Source of the DNA: Octopus sinensis
Lineage: Eukaryota
NCBI RefSeq assembly: GCF_006345805.1
Contig: NC_043013.1
Coordinates: 4,836,001-4,900,000 of the forward strand
Length of the DNA stretch: 64,000 nucleotides
Reading direction: 5' to 3'
Positions 25,973 to 37,727 of the stretch are shown one piece after another (the stretch's first letter is position 1; each line of letters opens with the position of its first letter). The notes below the pieces were generated by a model. It was not told where the DNA came from and made no database searches. It saw only the letters and a list, made by a program, of their open reading frames with translations. Made by a program: the position numbers and the translations under genes.

Positions 25973-26250
25973 CAGACTGGTGGTCTGTCTAGGCTAATTC
26001 CGAGAAATAACAAACTGCTGGAAGAAACCGTAATAGCAATGCTAACAGCAGAGACAGAAACAAAAAAAGTGATGTGGAACATCAAGCGTGAACTACCAGT
26101 AACTTTGGAAGAAATAAAAAGAAATGCAAGAAATGACAAATTTATTAATGAAACAAAAAGAAAACTGTGGTTGGCAAAAGGAAATAAAGAAAGATCTAAT
26201 GCAAAGAACCACCAAGATGTGAACGTGTGCTCTATATGTGATGGTTCACA
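25973..26250 (+). mobile_element. Gypsy RNaseH-integrase tether fragment
   Basis: GLSRLIP..EETVIA..LPVTLEEIKRNARNDKFI. Confidence 0.7.
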
Positions 26251-26807
26251 GACTTTTCATTTCTCATCATCTTTAAGATTTGATTAACAAAAGGTATTTA
26301 ATTCCTGATTGCAAATTATTGCAAGTTAGTGAATGCACTGCTTTATTCTGAGAAGAAAGCTCTTGAGGCACCCACTTCTCTTCTCAATACACTGTTCCAA
26401 TCTGCTGGAGATGATTTTGCATGGTGGATTAATGCTTATTAAGCCTCCAGGCTATGTCCTTGATACTTTAAATACAAATCCTCTTTCAGAGCTATTCGTT
26501 TGGAAATACATAACATTTCAGTACCCTAATATATATGTGTGTGTGTGTGTGTGTAACAGAAACGGCTAAGAGAAATAACTCAGAGTAGCCAGGGGAATAA
26601 ATGTGATCATAGACAAGTATCATACAACATAAATTCTTAATTTATTAAAATTATCTCTGCCTGTAAAGGATATCACAATTACCAAATGGCAATTGAGTAG
26701 GGAAGGTAATCTTAAGAATTCTCTAAGTATGTGGGGTGTGTGTGTATTTATATAACGCACATTCATACATAAGTCACACAAACGAAAAAGAAAATGTGAG
26801 TATATAC

Positions 26808-27093
26808 TTTTGACATTTGATGGATTTCGTGTTGCTTTTTAGGCTTTACATGTTTCCGATAGCAAGCATCCAATGATACATACTGACCTCCGCTGCACTT
26901 GATGTCTGAAATAACTGTAGGGTCATCAGTCACATGATACATTGTAGGCAGGTGAGCTGATATTTTCTGACATGTGTTTGAAGTAAGGGCTTCAAGTACA
27001 TAACTAAGTCCTTTATCTGATGTGATAGTCCTTTTCAATGACAAGCTTTGGGTGCATGAACGATAGGCCAAGAGAGACAAAGGTAATACGATT
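26808..27093 (-). CDS. METTL25B: METTL25B exon 3 (286 nt)
   Basis: CAG|..IVLPLSLLAYRS...CYRKHVKPKKQHEIHQMSK|GTATAT; contains the family RKHVxPKKQHEI motif; phase 2 to 0. Confidence 0.92.
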
Positions 27094-27372
27094 CTGTTGA
27101 AAACAAAAAACAAAAAAGTTTCGTATTAGTACATTATGTTATAAATGCACTTGTGAATAAAAGTAATACAAAGAAACAACCAACATCTTCATAATAATAA
27201 GTGAATTTTGTCATCAACTTATATTAATAAATCTTTTTTAACTGTAATAAGTGTTTTTACAAAGAGTGAAAGGAAACTCAAATGGGTTGAGTTACAGATG
27301 TTTGTTTTATTGAGCTACTGAGATACTGATATCTGTTTTATTCAGCTACGTGTGATGTAAGGAAGTTCGTAC

Positions 27373-27491
27373 TTGCTTTTGGTGTTCTTATTCACTGTAA
27401 GAAGTTCTGCAACATCTGAAGCAGTCATCTTCTGAAAACAATCTCGCCAGCTTGGAAGCAGTTTCTCCCAGTGATTCAACACAAAAAAGTC
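27373..27491 (-). CDS. METTL25B: METTL25B exon 2 (119 nt)
   Basis: AG|DFFVLNHWEKLLPSWRDCFQKM...|GTACGA; homologous to EFFTDNLWDTLPCSWQEAL; phase 0 to 2. Confidence 0.9.
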
Positions 27492-27861
27492 CTTCAAAAT
27501 ATACAGAAAATTACATTTAGAAATAGCATTTTATTTATGAAATATACAACATTTAATAACACTAATTAACCCTTTAGCATTCAGATTATTCTGTCAAATG
27601 TAATGCTTATTTATTCATATTGCTTTGAATTAATCATAGTTTATCTCGCAGCATTGGGATTTCAATGATGTCATCATCATCATCGTCTTCGTTGTTGTTT
27701 AACTTCCACTTTCCATGCTGGCATGGGTTGAATGGTTTGTCTGAGGGCTAGCAAGGCTGCACCAGGCTCCAATCCGATCTGGCAAAGTTTTTACAGCTGG
27801 TTGCCCTTCCTAATGCCGACCACTCTGAGAGTGTAGTGGGTGCCTTTTACGTGCCACCGTA

Positions 27862-28448
27862 CTTCGGTGTGAAATAATTTTTGCCACAGGTTTTTTTGAG
27901 TGCATTCAATGTATCTCACCTCCAAACCTGCCATAAGCCACTTTCTTCTGGAAAAGAAAAGGATAGAGGGGTGGTGGGCACCTCGGAGTTTCCCACCAAC
28001 GGAATTTTGATTCACAGGTTTTTTTTCGCATGCTTTCAACAAATGACATCAAAATCATGCGTAAACAGCTCCTTTCCTCAGAAAAGGAAAGATTTGGTTA
28101 CTATTTCTAACAGGCCCTGCTACCATGAGTCCTCTACTGCAAATAGCTGTTACATCATAGCAGGGTGTGCTAGAAATAGCAACCAAATTTTTCCTTTTCT
28201 AGGTAAAGGAGTTGTTTATATGTGATTTTGATGTCACATTTGTTGAAAGCATGCGAAATAACCTGGAAAAGAAAAAAATCCGCAAAACTCCATTGGTGGG
28301 AAACTTGGACTTTCCTGGGAAATTCTGAGGTCCCCACCACCCCTTTAGACCTTCCTTTTCCCAAAAAAGTGGCTTGTGGAAGATTTGGAGGTTAGATATG
28401 TTGAATGCACTCAAAAAACCTGCGGAAAGAAATTATTTCACATCAGGG
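27862..28448. mobile_element. Full-length foldback (palindromic) MITE, TA-flanked, copy 2
   Basis: Whole element is an imperfect palindrome; termini TA|CTTCGGTGTGAAATAATTT and AAATTATTTCACATCAGGG|TA. Confidence 0.82.
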
Positions 28449-28511
28449 TAAGAACAGATCCTTTATGAAATATTTACCTATTTTTTAATAGTTAAAATAT
28501 TGTCTGTTTAA

Positions 28512-28732
28512 CCCTTTAGTGTTTGCATTATTCTGCCAAAATTAATCCTTTTTTATCCAAATTGTTTTGAACTAATCATGCATTATCTTGTAGCTATGAG
28601 ATTTTGATGAGGTAGCTGTTAATTTTTAAAACGATATTGTAGGGCTGGTGTGAGAGACCAGATCTGGCCAGTTTGAACATAAAACAGGCAGAATACTTTT
28701 GGCCGGATGTGGCCGGTTTAAATGCTAAAGGG
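28512..28732. mobile_element. piggyBac-type MITE
   Basis: TTAA|CCCTTTAG...CTAAAGGG|TTAA. Confidence 0.75.
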
Positions 28733-28789
28733 TTAAAGAAAGCTGAAATATAAATACTCACTGTACAAACAATTTGTATTTTTTAAGCC

Positions 28790-28831
<42 letters not shown>

Positions 28832-29374
28832 ATAGTACTAAAACTCTCTGATTGCTTGCCCGTTATTTAATACAGCCAAACTGGCACATAATGGGAATCT
28901 GTATATATATATAAGGCAGGATATGTGTATGTGTGTGTGTACGTGAATGCAGTTTATGCACATCCACAAATTAACACGCATGTCACTCAAATTTTAGGAG
29001 GACATTCGTCACAACCCTAGCTGTATTTTCGTCATTATTTTCCCCCGAGGCACCCGCGAATAGCAATAAATAATTTTGAACCATAACTTCTAACAATTTT
29101 CAAGTTGGAGAAATACACGATCGTTTGCAAATATGAGTTAAGTCCCCTTCTAGTGACGGTGTAAAGAGATGGAGGGAGAGAGAGATAAGAGATTTTTTAA
29201 ATTTCGTCTTTTTAGTGAGTGATTGACAGTGAGAGGTTGTTATGTATGTATGTGTGAATGGCTTCAGTCACACACACACACACACACACGAGCATATATG
29301 CGTACAAAACACATGCATGCAATGTGTGTGTGTGTGTTGCCCGTATATATATATACATATATACATTATATCAT

Positions 29375-31636
29375 CATCATCATCACCATCATCGTTTAAC
29401 GTCCGCTTTCCATGTTAGCATGGGTTGGATGGTTCAACTGGGGTCTGGCAAGCCCAAAGGCTGCACCAGGCCAGTCAGATCTGGCAGTGTTTCTACAGCT
29501 GGATGCCCTTCCTAACGCCAACCACTCCGAGAGTGTATTGGGTGATTTTATGTGCCACCGACACAGGTGCCAGACGAGGCTGGCAGACGGCCACGCTCGG
29601 ATGGTGTTTTTTATGTGTCACCAGCACAGGTGCCAGACGAGGCTGGCGAACGGCCACGCTCGGATGGTGTTTGTTACGTGCCCTCAGCACGGAGGCCAGT
29701 CGATGCGGTACTGGCTACGGTCACGTTCAGATGGTTTTCTTATGTGCCACCGGCACTGGTACCATAAAGGATACAAATTCCATTGATGTACATCTATTTT
29801 GATTTGGTTTTGATTTTGATTTTCACTTGCCTCAACATGTCTTCTCAAGTGTCACAATAAGGAAGGTATGCACAGGTGGACTGACTACGTCCCAGGTAGG
29901 GGCCACGGGTTATGGCTTCACTAGTCTTGCCGTGTCTTCTCACGCACAGCATACTTCCATAGGTCTCGGTCTCTAGTCATTTCCATGGTGAGACCTAACG
30001 TCCGAAGGTCGTGCTTCACCACCTCGTCCCAGGTTTTCCTGGGTCTACCTCTTCCACGGGTTCCCTCAACTGCTAAGGATTGGCACTTTCTCACACACCT
30101 ATCTTCATCCATTCTCGCCACATGACCATACCAGCGCAATCGTCTCTCTTGCACACCACAACTGATGCTTCTTAGGTACAACATTTCTCTCAAGGTACTA
30201 ACGCTCTGTCGAGTAAGTACACTGACATTACACATCCATCGGAGCATACTGGCTTCATTCCTCACGAGCTTATGCATGTCCTCAGCAGTCACGGCCCATG
30301 TTTCACTGCCATGTAGCATAGCTGTTCGTACACATGCATCATACAGTCTGCCTTTTACTCTGAGCGAGAGGCCTTTAGTCACCAGCAGAGGTAAGAGCTC
30401 CCTAAACTTTGCCCAGGCTATTCTTATTCTAGCAGTTACACTTTCAGCGCACCCACCCCCACTACTGACTTGGTCACCTAGATAGCGGAAGCTATCAACT
30501 ACTTCTAGTTTTTCCCCCCGGAAAGTGACGGAAGTTGTTTTCTGCAGATTTTCGGAGGTCAATGCTCCCGAGCATCTGCCACATACAAAAACTATCTTCC
30601 CAGTTAGCCTACCTTTGACATTGCTGCACCTCTTATGTGTCCATAGCTTACACTTGGTGCATCTTATAGAGTTTCTACCTACACCTTTTCTACAGATCAA
30701 GCAGGGCCATCTTCCTGAGGATATTTGTGGATTGTCTACCTTTCTACTTATTAGTACTGTGGTTTTAGCTAGATTGACTCTAAGGCCCTTCGATTCTAAA
30801 CCCTCCTTCCACACCTGGAACTTCTGCTCCAGTTCTGATAGTGACTCAGCAATTAGAGCGAGGTCGTCAGCATAGAGGAGCTCCCAGGGGCAGCCTATCT
30901 TGAATTCCTCCACAATTGCCTGGAGGACTATGATAAATAGGAGGAGGCTGAGTACTGAACCCTGGTGGACCCCAACCTCTACTTTGAATTCGTCTGTGTA
31001 CGTGTTGCCAACCCTAACCTTACTTACGGCGTCTCTGTACATGGCTTGCACAGCCCTCACCAGCCATTCATCTATCCCTAGTTTCCTCATTGACCACCAG
31101 ATGAGGGATCGGGGGACCCTATCAAAGGCTTTCTCCATGTCAACGAAAGCCAGGTACAGGGGCTTATCTTTGGCTAGGTATTTCTCCTGCAGCTGCCTTA
31201 CCAGGAATATAGCATCAGTGGTGCTTTTCCCTGGCACGAACCCAAACTGCATCTCATATAAACTAACTCTCTCTCTAATTAGTTGGGCTATGACCCTCTC
31301 CGTAACCTTCATTACCTGATCCAACAGCTTGATACCTCTGTAATTATTTGTATCCAGGGCATCACCTTTACCTTTGTAGCAGTTGACTAGTATGCTGCTA
31401 CACCAGTCATTGGGTATGACTCCTTCGTGTATCACCTGGTTGACTATACGGGTGACTAGGTTATAGCCGACACTGCCAGATATTTTGAGCATCTCTGCAG
31501 TAATTCCTGATGGGCCTGGGGCTTTCCCTGTCTTCATGCTTCTAATTGCCTTAGCTACCACGGAACTATCAACTCGGATAGCTGGTCCCTCTGTTGGGTC
31601 AACATTTGGCAGACTCTCTTTATCCCATTCATTTTC
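29375..31636 (-). mobile_element. 5'-truncated RTE-clade LINE with uninterrupted RT frame (ORF 29921-31561), 3' UTR and (TGA)n tail
   Basis: 546-aa stop-free frame with KAPGPSG, NYRGIKLL, QFGF, FVDMEKAFD, GVHQGSVLS, LLYADD and GRGRPRKTW; the 3' UTR continues into the tandem-unit tail seen in short copies. Confidence 0.95.
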
Positions 31637-32872
31637 TTACACAATATAAACGATATTCTCTGTTTCTCCACAACTAATTTCCAAATTAGCTGAATCCATT
31701 GCTCCACTCATAGCAATATATAGCTGGTCGTGTGTGAACATGGGAGAGAACAGAGGTTACCAGAACAAAAGACCTACGTGCTGACTGTAGACACACTCCT
31801 TCGCAAACGATCAGCTATTATTTTGTAAACAATGTTTCGAAACTGTTCATCTTTTCGAAAGGAGAGATATGACTCTCACATCTCTGTGAGAGAAGGTAGG
31901 CTTCTCTATTCCTGTTACAAAACTTAGGTCCAGGTGCCAAATTTGCTTCAATTGATGGTACTACTTGGGTAGGAGATGGTGGTGGAACAGAGGCAGGAGC
32001 AAAGGCATGCAAAAACATGTATGCAATAGGTGTATGTACGTATACGTTTGTGTGTGTTGCCCATATATATATATATATATATATATACATAGTTGTGATC
32101 TGAACATAACTGCTTCTCACACAGTTCTATTTTCCTTGCTGGAAGGGTTCCCAACCCATGGGCAAAGGATGTTGTCTCAGTTTTAGATGCAGCAAATGAC
32201 ATTAGCTCAATTAGAGGCAATTGATTGGTTAAAATTCGAAAAATTAAACTACGTTAAACAAACGAATTACAATTTTATCAAGAAAGCCAAGAGAAAAAAA
32301 TGTTTTATTTTGACACATTCTACCAGTATACGAAGTTTTAAAGTGTTTAGTTAACTAGAAATTGTGTTGACATGTGTGGTTCAAAAGGAAAAGATCCCAA
32401 AAAAGATACCCTAACCCTAACCCTAAAACAGATTGAAATGCAATAGATCGATACTAGGGTCATAATTATGGGTGACAATTTCATGACACCACTAGAAAAA
32501 ACTGCCGTTCAAACTGAAAAGATCCCCTCTGTATGTTATTTCTACATTCCACAACATATAAATACAAAAAAAAAAACAGAACAGACACACACATACACAG
32601 AACAAGCACGCACACAAACAAGAATAAGCATGCACGCAAACACACACACACACAGAGGAACAAGCACGCACGCACAACCCATAAGCTTTCTCTTCTCAAC
32701 TGACAATTGACACAACATGTGGTCACGGAAATCACCGAATTCAATGTTTACATTATTTCGAGTCAAAACGAAAGATCGCCCTGTTAACGAATATGTAATA
32801 TTGTGATTATGATTAGGATAGGTGCCATAAACATGCTGTTTCATGAAAATTTCAGGCATCTTTATATTCCTG

Positions 32873-33327
32873 AGCGATCCTTCGGTATAGGTACCGTAAG
32901 TACCGGAAGTGGCTTTGTTTACATTTCTGAAGATAACAGAAACCCTTTTCTCCCACCCCTAACCCCCACCATATATATATAAAAAAACACTTTCTTGAAA
33001 TGTATCCGGGGTACTACTTGAGAACAGTGGTCCCGGTGCGCGCACTCGCGTAGTCGCGCATCCACGCTAGTTAGTCGTGACTAGTCGATCCTACGACTAC
33101 CTAGCAAAGTAAATAAAACACAAAATAGATAATTTTTTACACAAAGTAATTAATTTTTTTAAACAAAATATGAGTGGCTGTATGGTAAGTAGCTTGTTTA
33201 CCAACCACATGGTTCCGGGTTCAGTCCCACTGCGTGGTACCTTGGGCAAGTGTCTTCCACTATAGCCTCGGGCCGACCAATGCCTTGTGAGTGGGTTTGG
33301 TAGGCAGAAACTGAAAAGAAGCCCGTC

Positions 33328-33381
<54 letters not shown>

Positions 33382-33737
33382 GTGTGTGTGTGTGTTTGTG
33401 TGTCTGTGTTTGTGCCCCTAGCATTTGCTTGACAACCGATGCTGGTGTGTTTACGTCCCCGTCACATTAGCGGTTCGGCAAAAGAAACCGATAGAATAAG
33501 TACTGGGCTTACAAAAGAATAAGTCCCGGGGTCGAGTTGCTCGATTAAAGGCGGTGCTGCAGCATGGCCGCAGTCAAAATGACTGAAACAAGTAAAAGAG
33601 TAAAAGTGTAAAGTAAATAACACAAAAACACAAAGTAAGGATCGATTAGTCATGACTAGCTAGCGCGCGCGCCGGGACCACTGTTCTCAAGTAGTACCTG
33701 TATCCGGTACTTCCGGGACCTATACCGAAGTTACGCC
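32873..33737. mobile_element. Non-autonomous TIR DNA transposon with 8-bp TSD (superfamily unresolved: Merlin, hAT or MULE)
   Basis: TSD tattcctg at 32865-32872 and 33738-33745; TIRs (A/G)GCG...CTTCGGTATAGGT plus inverted subterminal blocks (GGTACTACTTGAGAACAGTGGTCCCGG). Confidence 0.75.
33172..33605 (+). mobile_element. SINE family A nested in a TIR element
   Basis: Colinear with the 7427 copy. Confidence 0.85.
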
Positions 33738-33883
33738 TATTCCTGTGTTGCTTCCTTTGTCGTGAATGTTTTTTATGCTGAAATGTAGAATCTCCCTACT
33801 TTCTGTTTACACAACCAAATTCTTCTGTGGAATCGCGATTGTACACACGTGGTCGCATAGATCAATAATATAGAATGCCTTAC

Positions 33884-34012
33884 CGACACGTAGATGTCAA
33901 GCATCCATTCATAAATTTCCAAAAACTGGAGTATTTTCTGGATGTGTCTCTTGACTGACCCAACAGAGTCGAGGTTCCCCGGCAAAGCAAAAACGCAATC
34001 ACGCTCCGCCAT
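33884..34012 (-). CDS. METTL25B: METTL25B/RRNAD1 exon 1 (43 codons, ATG at 34012)
   Basis: MAERD...HIQKILQFLEIYEWMLDIYVS followed by GTAAGG donor (phase 0). Matches the RRNAD1 N-terminal LTRVLALYRSILDAYII region. Confidence 0.88.
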
Positions 34013-34199
34013 GTTCACAGCCAAAACTGCAACTCTCCACACTAAGGAAAATATCCCCAATTTTTACCTTTAATAATTTTTAAATAAATCATACCTTATA
34101 TTTCGCGAAATGAATATATTATTGATAAATCTGATCTAAAAACGAGAATCATAGGCAATTTTCGTAATTTTTTCCGACCGCATAAGTAAAGTTTCCCAA

Positions 34200-34361
34200 G
34201 TAAAGGTGGGATCAATTTATTGCGAACAGTTGATTCATAACAACATTGCTGAAAGTTTTCTCTATTTATCAAAACAATGCTACTTAAAAACATTTAAAAA
34301 GAACGTGTTTTGTAACACTGAAACACTAGTTTCTGAAGTAACTACTGGATTCATTACGAAG
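34200..34361 (+). other. SLC33A1: Putative first (leader) exon of SLC33A1; 5' end unknown
   Basis: Consensus donor G|GTAAGT at 34362 in the promoter region; the ATG-bearing exon starts at an acceptor (38933), so an upstream exon is required. Confidence 0.45.
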
Positions 34362-34916
34362 GTAAGTTGCTTTACTATTTTAAAGATATTCATTTTTTGC
34401 CAGATTTTATTTAATCAAACAGCTTCACACACGCTTTTTATAAAACGTGACAAAGTGAAAATTAAAGTCTTCATTTTTTTTCTTTTCACAACTGAAACCT
34501 CCTCCGCCAAGTGCGCCGGCGGAATTTAGGGGCGATAAACTTCGGAAATGGTGTTTGAGAAATGTATATAGAAATTCTGGAAATTTTTCTTCGTCGTAAA
34601 TCCATAAATTCGTCGACGCGGAACCATTTCATATCGCCCGATGATCCAGTGACATAACTTCAACCGTCTTTTGAATCGGGACCAGTAGGCCTCTGTGGTT
34701 TGCCGCAAGCGCCGGTTTCAGGGTCAGCGAAGGTCTGTGAATGGTTTACGTAACTTTTTATGAGAATGGTTTACCGTTCGGCGAATATAGCCAAGTTGCT
34801 GGCCAACTTCTACAGCTGGCCCATTTATCTGTATGAATTACAGTATCAGGCGACACATTTTGGATAATATAAAGACCGTCACCCAGGAACAAAAAAAAAT
34901 TTTTTAAACAGTCATA

Positions 34917-35297
34917 GGCGCAGGAGTGGCTGTGTGGTAAGTAGCTTGCTAACCAACCACATGGTTCCGGGTTCAGTCCCACAACGTGGCAAGTGTCTTC
35001 TGCTATAGCCCCGGGCCGACCAATGCCTTGTGAGTGGATTTGGTAGGCGGAAACTGAAAGAAGCCTGTCGTATATATATATATATATGTGTGTGTGTCTG
35101 TGTTTGTCCCCCTAGAATTGCTTGACAACCGATGCTGGTGTGTTTACGTCCCCGTAACTTAGCGGTTCGGCAAAAAGAGACCGATAGAATAAGTACTGGG
35201 CTTACAAAGAATAAGTTCCGGGGTCGATTTGCTCGACTAAAGGCGGTGCTCCAGCATGGCCGCAGTCAAATGACTGAAACAAGTAAAAGAGTAAGAG
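34917..35297 (+). mobile_element. SINE family A
   Basis: Colinear with the 7427 copy. Confidence 0.85.
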
Positions 35298-35641
35298 TCT
35301 GGGCGGTACAAACAAGTGTGTGGAAAACGAAAATGAAAAAAAAAGTGCGCTGACGACCCTGGGGGTGGGGAGGAGAATTTCGGAGAATTCACAAGATCCG
35401 ATTTTCCGTCATAACTTCGGGTAAAATGAATATATATTGATTTTTTTTACGGAATCCCACGTTTTTGATTATGGAGGATCCGATTCTGAAAAAAAAATTT
35501 CAAAATTTCAGTCCCCCGCCTCCCGTTCCCCCCTTCACTTTTCACTATTTCCGGGATTTTTTTTTTTTTGCGAAATACGTAGAAAAATACGAAGATTACG
35601 ATTCTCAAAAAAAATTTGTTTGTAAAATTTCGAATATATAT

Positions 35642-36000
35642 AGGCGTAGGAGTGGCTGTGCGGAAAGTTGTCTGCTTACCAGCCACATGGTTCCGGGTTC
35701 AGTCCCACTGCGTGGCACCTTGGGCAAGTGTCTTCTACTATAGCATAGAGCCGACCAAAACCTTGTGAGTGGATTTGGTAGACGGAAACTGAAAAAAACG
35801 TGTCTGTGTTTGCCCCTCCCCAACATCGCTTGATAACCGATGCTGGTGTGTTTACGTCCCCGTCACCTAGCGGTTCGGCAAAAGAGACCGATAGAATAAG
35901 TACTAGGCTTACAAAGAATTAGTTTTGGGGTTGATTTGTTCGACTAAAGGCTGTGCTCCAGCATGACCACAGTCAAAGTGACTGAAGCAAGTAAAAGAGT
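35642..36000 (+). mobile_element. SINE family A
   Basis: Colinear with the 7427 copy. Confidence 0.8.
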
Positions 36001-37409
36001 ATACCCGCAGGCTATCCACATGCTAGAAATAACAGCCAAATCTCGCAAAACTGCGATAACATAATGCAAGTTTTTTACACTGTTCTCCATTGACACTGGT
36101 GCTACTCTAAACCACAGGAAGTTTAGGTTCAGATTTTATACAGGGTATCTAAGATTTCCCATAGTTTTGGGGTGATTTTTTAAAAAGTTGAAATTCTGTC
36201 CTGTACACTGATTTATATGGTACAATAAAACATCACTGATTTATTTTGTTACGTGTAACAAATGGTTGATTTTGCAATGTTTTCAGACCTAGCAAAATCC
36301 AAAACTTCAAACCACAGGGACTTCAGTTTTGGTATATTTGTAATAGGTATAGAGATAAATAAAGTATGGGATTTTGGGACATGACACCATTTCAATAAAA
36401 TTTTAGTGGATTATTAAAAATTACCATAAATGACAGGGTTTGGATCAGGAAGGCCTACATAATTTGGATTTTCTCCATTTTGATGGAGATTTTTCCTTTT
36501 CCTTTTTTTTTTTTTTTTGCATCACTGTCTTGGAAAGGATGAGGGTAAACTTTTTATGAAAAATGTTTTTGAAAATTTTTTCACTACACCATTCCACTCC
36601 CATTCACTCTGGATTGATTTTTGCCAATTTTGTTTGCTCCACACATTTAAAAACCAAGGGAGAAACCTTTTCTGTAAAAAAATGCAAACAGAATGTGAAA
36701 ACTAATTCCTTGCTTTAAATGTTAAAAGCCTAAATTAAAGGCATTAACACAGTAAACTCATTAGGAGAGTGAAAAAAACACCCCAAATGAATATGTAAAC
36801 GCTGACACAAATTATCCTGACTGTATTCAAAATCGGACAATAAAACATCACATCTGACTTCAGTAGTCCACAAAATTATATTCATTGCACAATATAATTT
36901 TTATTGGGAAAATTTGACCAATGTTTCTCAAAGAAAGTCGAAATACACTTGTACAAGAATATCAGCTTAGTTTGCCCAGTGGCTCTCCACATGTTAAAAC
37001 TGTGAGACGGAATAAAAAACATTCTTCTCAATACGATACCATGCTAAGTTTGGGCTCTAGAAGACTTGTTAAACTCAGTTTTAGTTTGTTTTTTTTGTTT
37101 TTTGTAGAAATATATGTTAACTTAGTACTTAGTTCATTTCTTAAAATTCTGGCTCAAACTTGGAATCTGAAGCCATGGATTTGTGTTCCATTTGACCTCT
37201 CACTGCACTCGAATACATCAGTTTGGCATACAGGATCAGTACACCACCCTCTTTGGTCACTTTGCACTTTTTCACCATATCCATAGCCAGTTATCAATGA
37301 AATCATGAAAACATTTTTTTTTGTTATGGTATAAAAATCTTGAGAAGTTTTAAATGTCATCAAAACTGACATTTAAAACTGGTTAGATTGAAAATGAAGG
37401 AAGAATTAG

Positions 37410-37727
37410 TCCATCAGTTGCGACGACAAGGGTCCCAGCTGATACGATCAATGGAACAGCCTGCTCGTGAAATTAACGTACAAGTGGCTGAGCACTCAAC
37501 AGACACGTGTACCCTTAATGTAGTTCTCGGGGAGATTCAGCATGACATAGAGTGTGACAGGGCTGGCCCTTTCAATTACAGGTACTACTCATTTTTGTCA
37601 GCAGAGTGGACGGGAACAACGTGAAATAAAGTGTCTTGCTCAAGGACACAAGGTGCTGCCAGGAATTGAACTCACAACCTTACGATCATGAGCCGAATGC
37701 CCCTAACCACTAAGCCACGTGCCTTCA
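37410..37727 (-). mobile_element. SINE related to family B (variant head)
   Basis: Shares the 3' half (acaagtggctgagcactc...) and has a tRNA-like head. Confidence 0.65.

Larger units (their letters stand above)
33650..34900. promoter_or_regulatory. CpG-rich putative bidirectional promoter shared by METTL25B and SLC33A1
   Basis: Visible CpG enrichment against an AT-rich background. METTL25B ATG (34012, -) sits in a YY1-like CCGCCATGTT (34006-34015). A strong plus-strand donor AAG|GTAAGT lies at 34361/34362. Confidence 0.6.

Noticed and set aside
32409-32426. (CCCTAA)3 telomeric repeat
   Set aside because: Only three units inside a dispersed repeat; too short to indicate a fusion or healing site.
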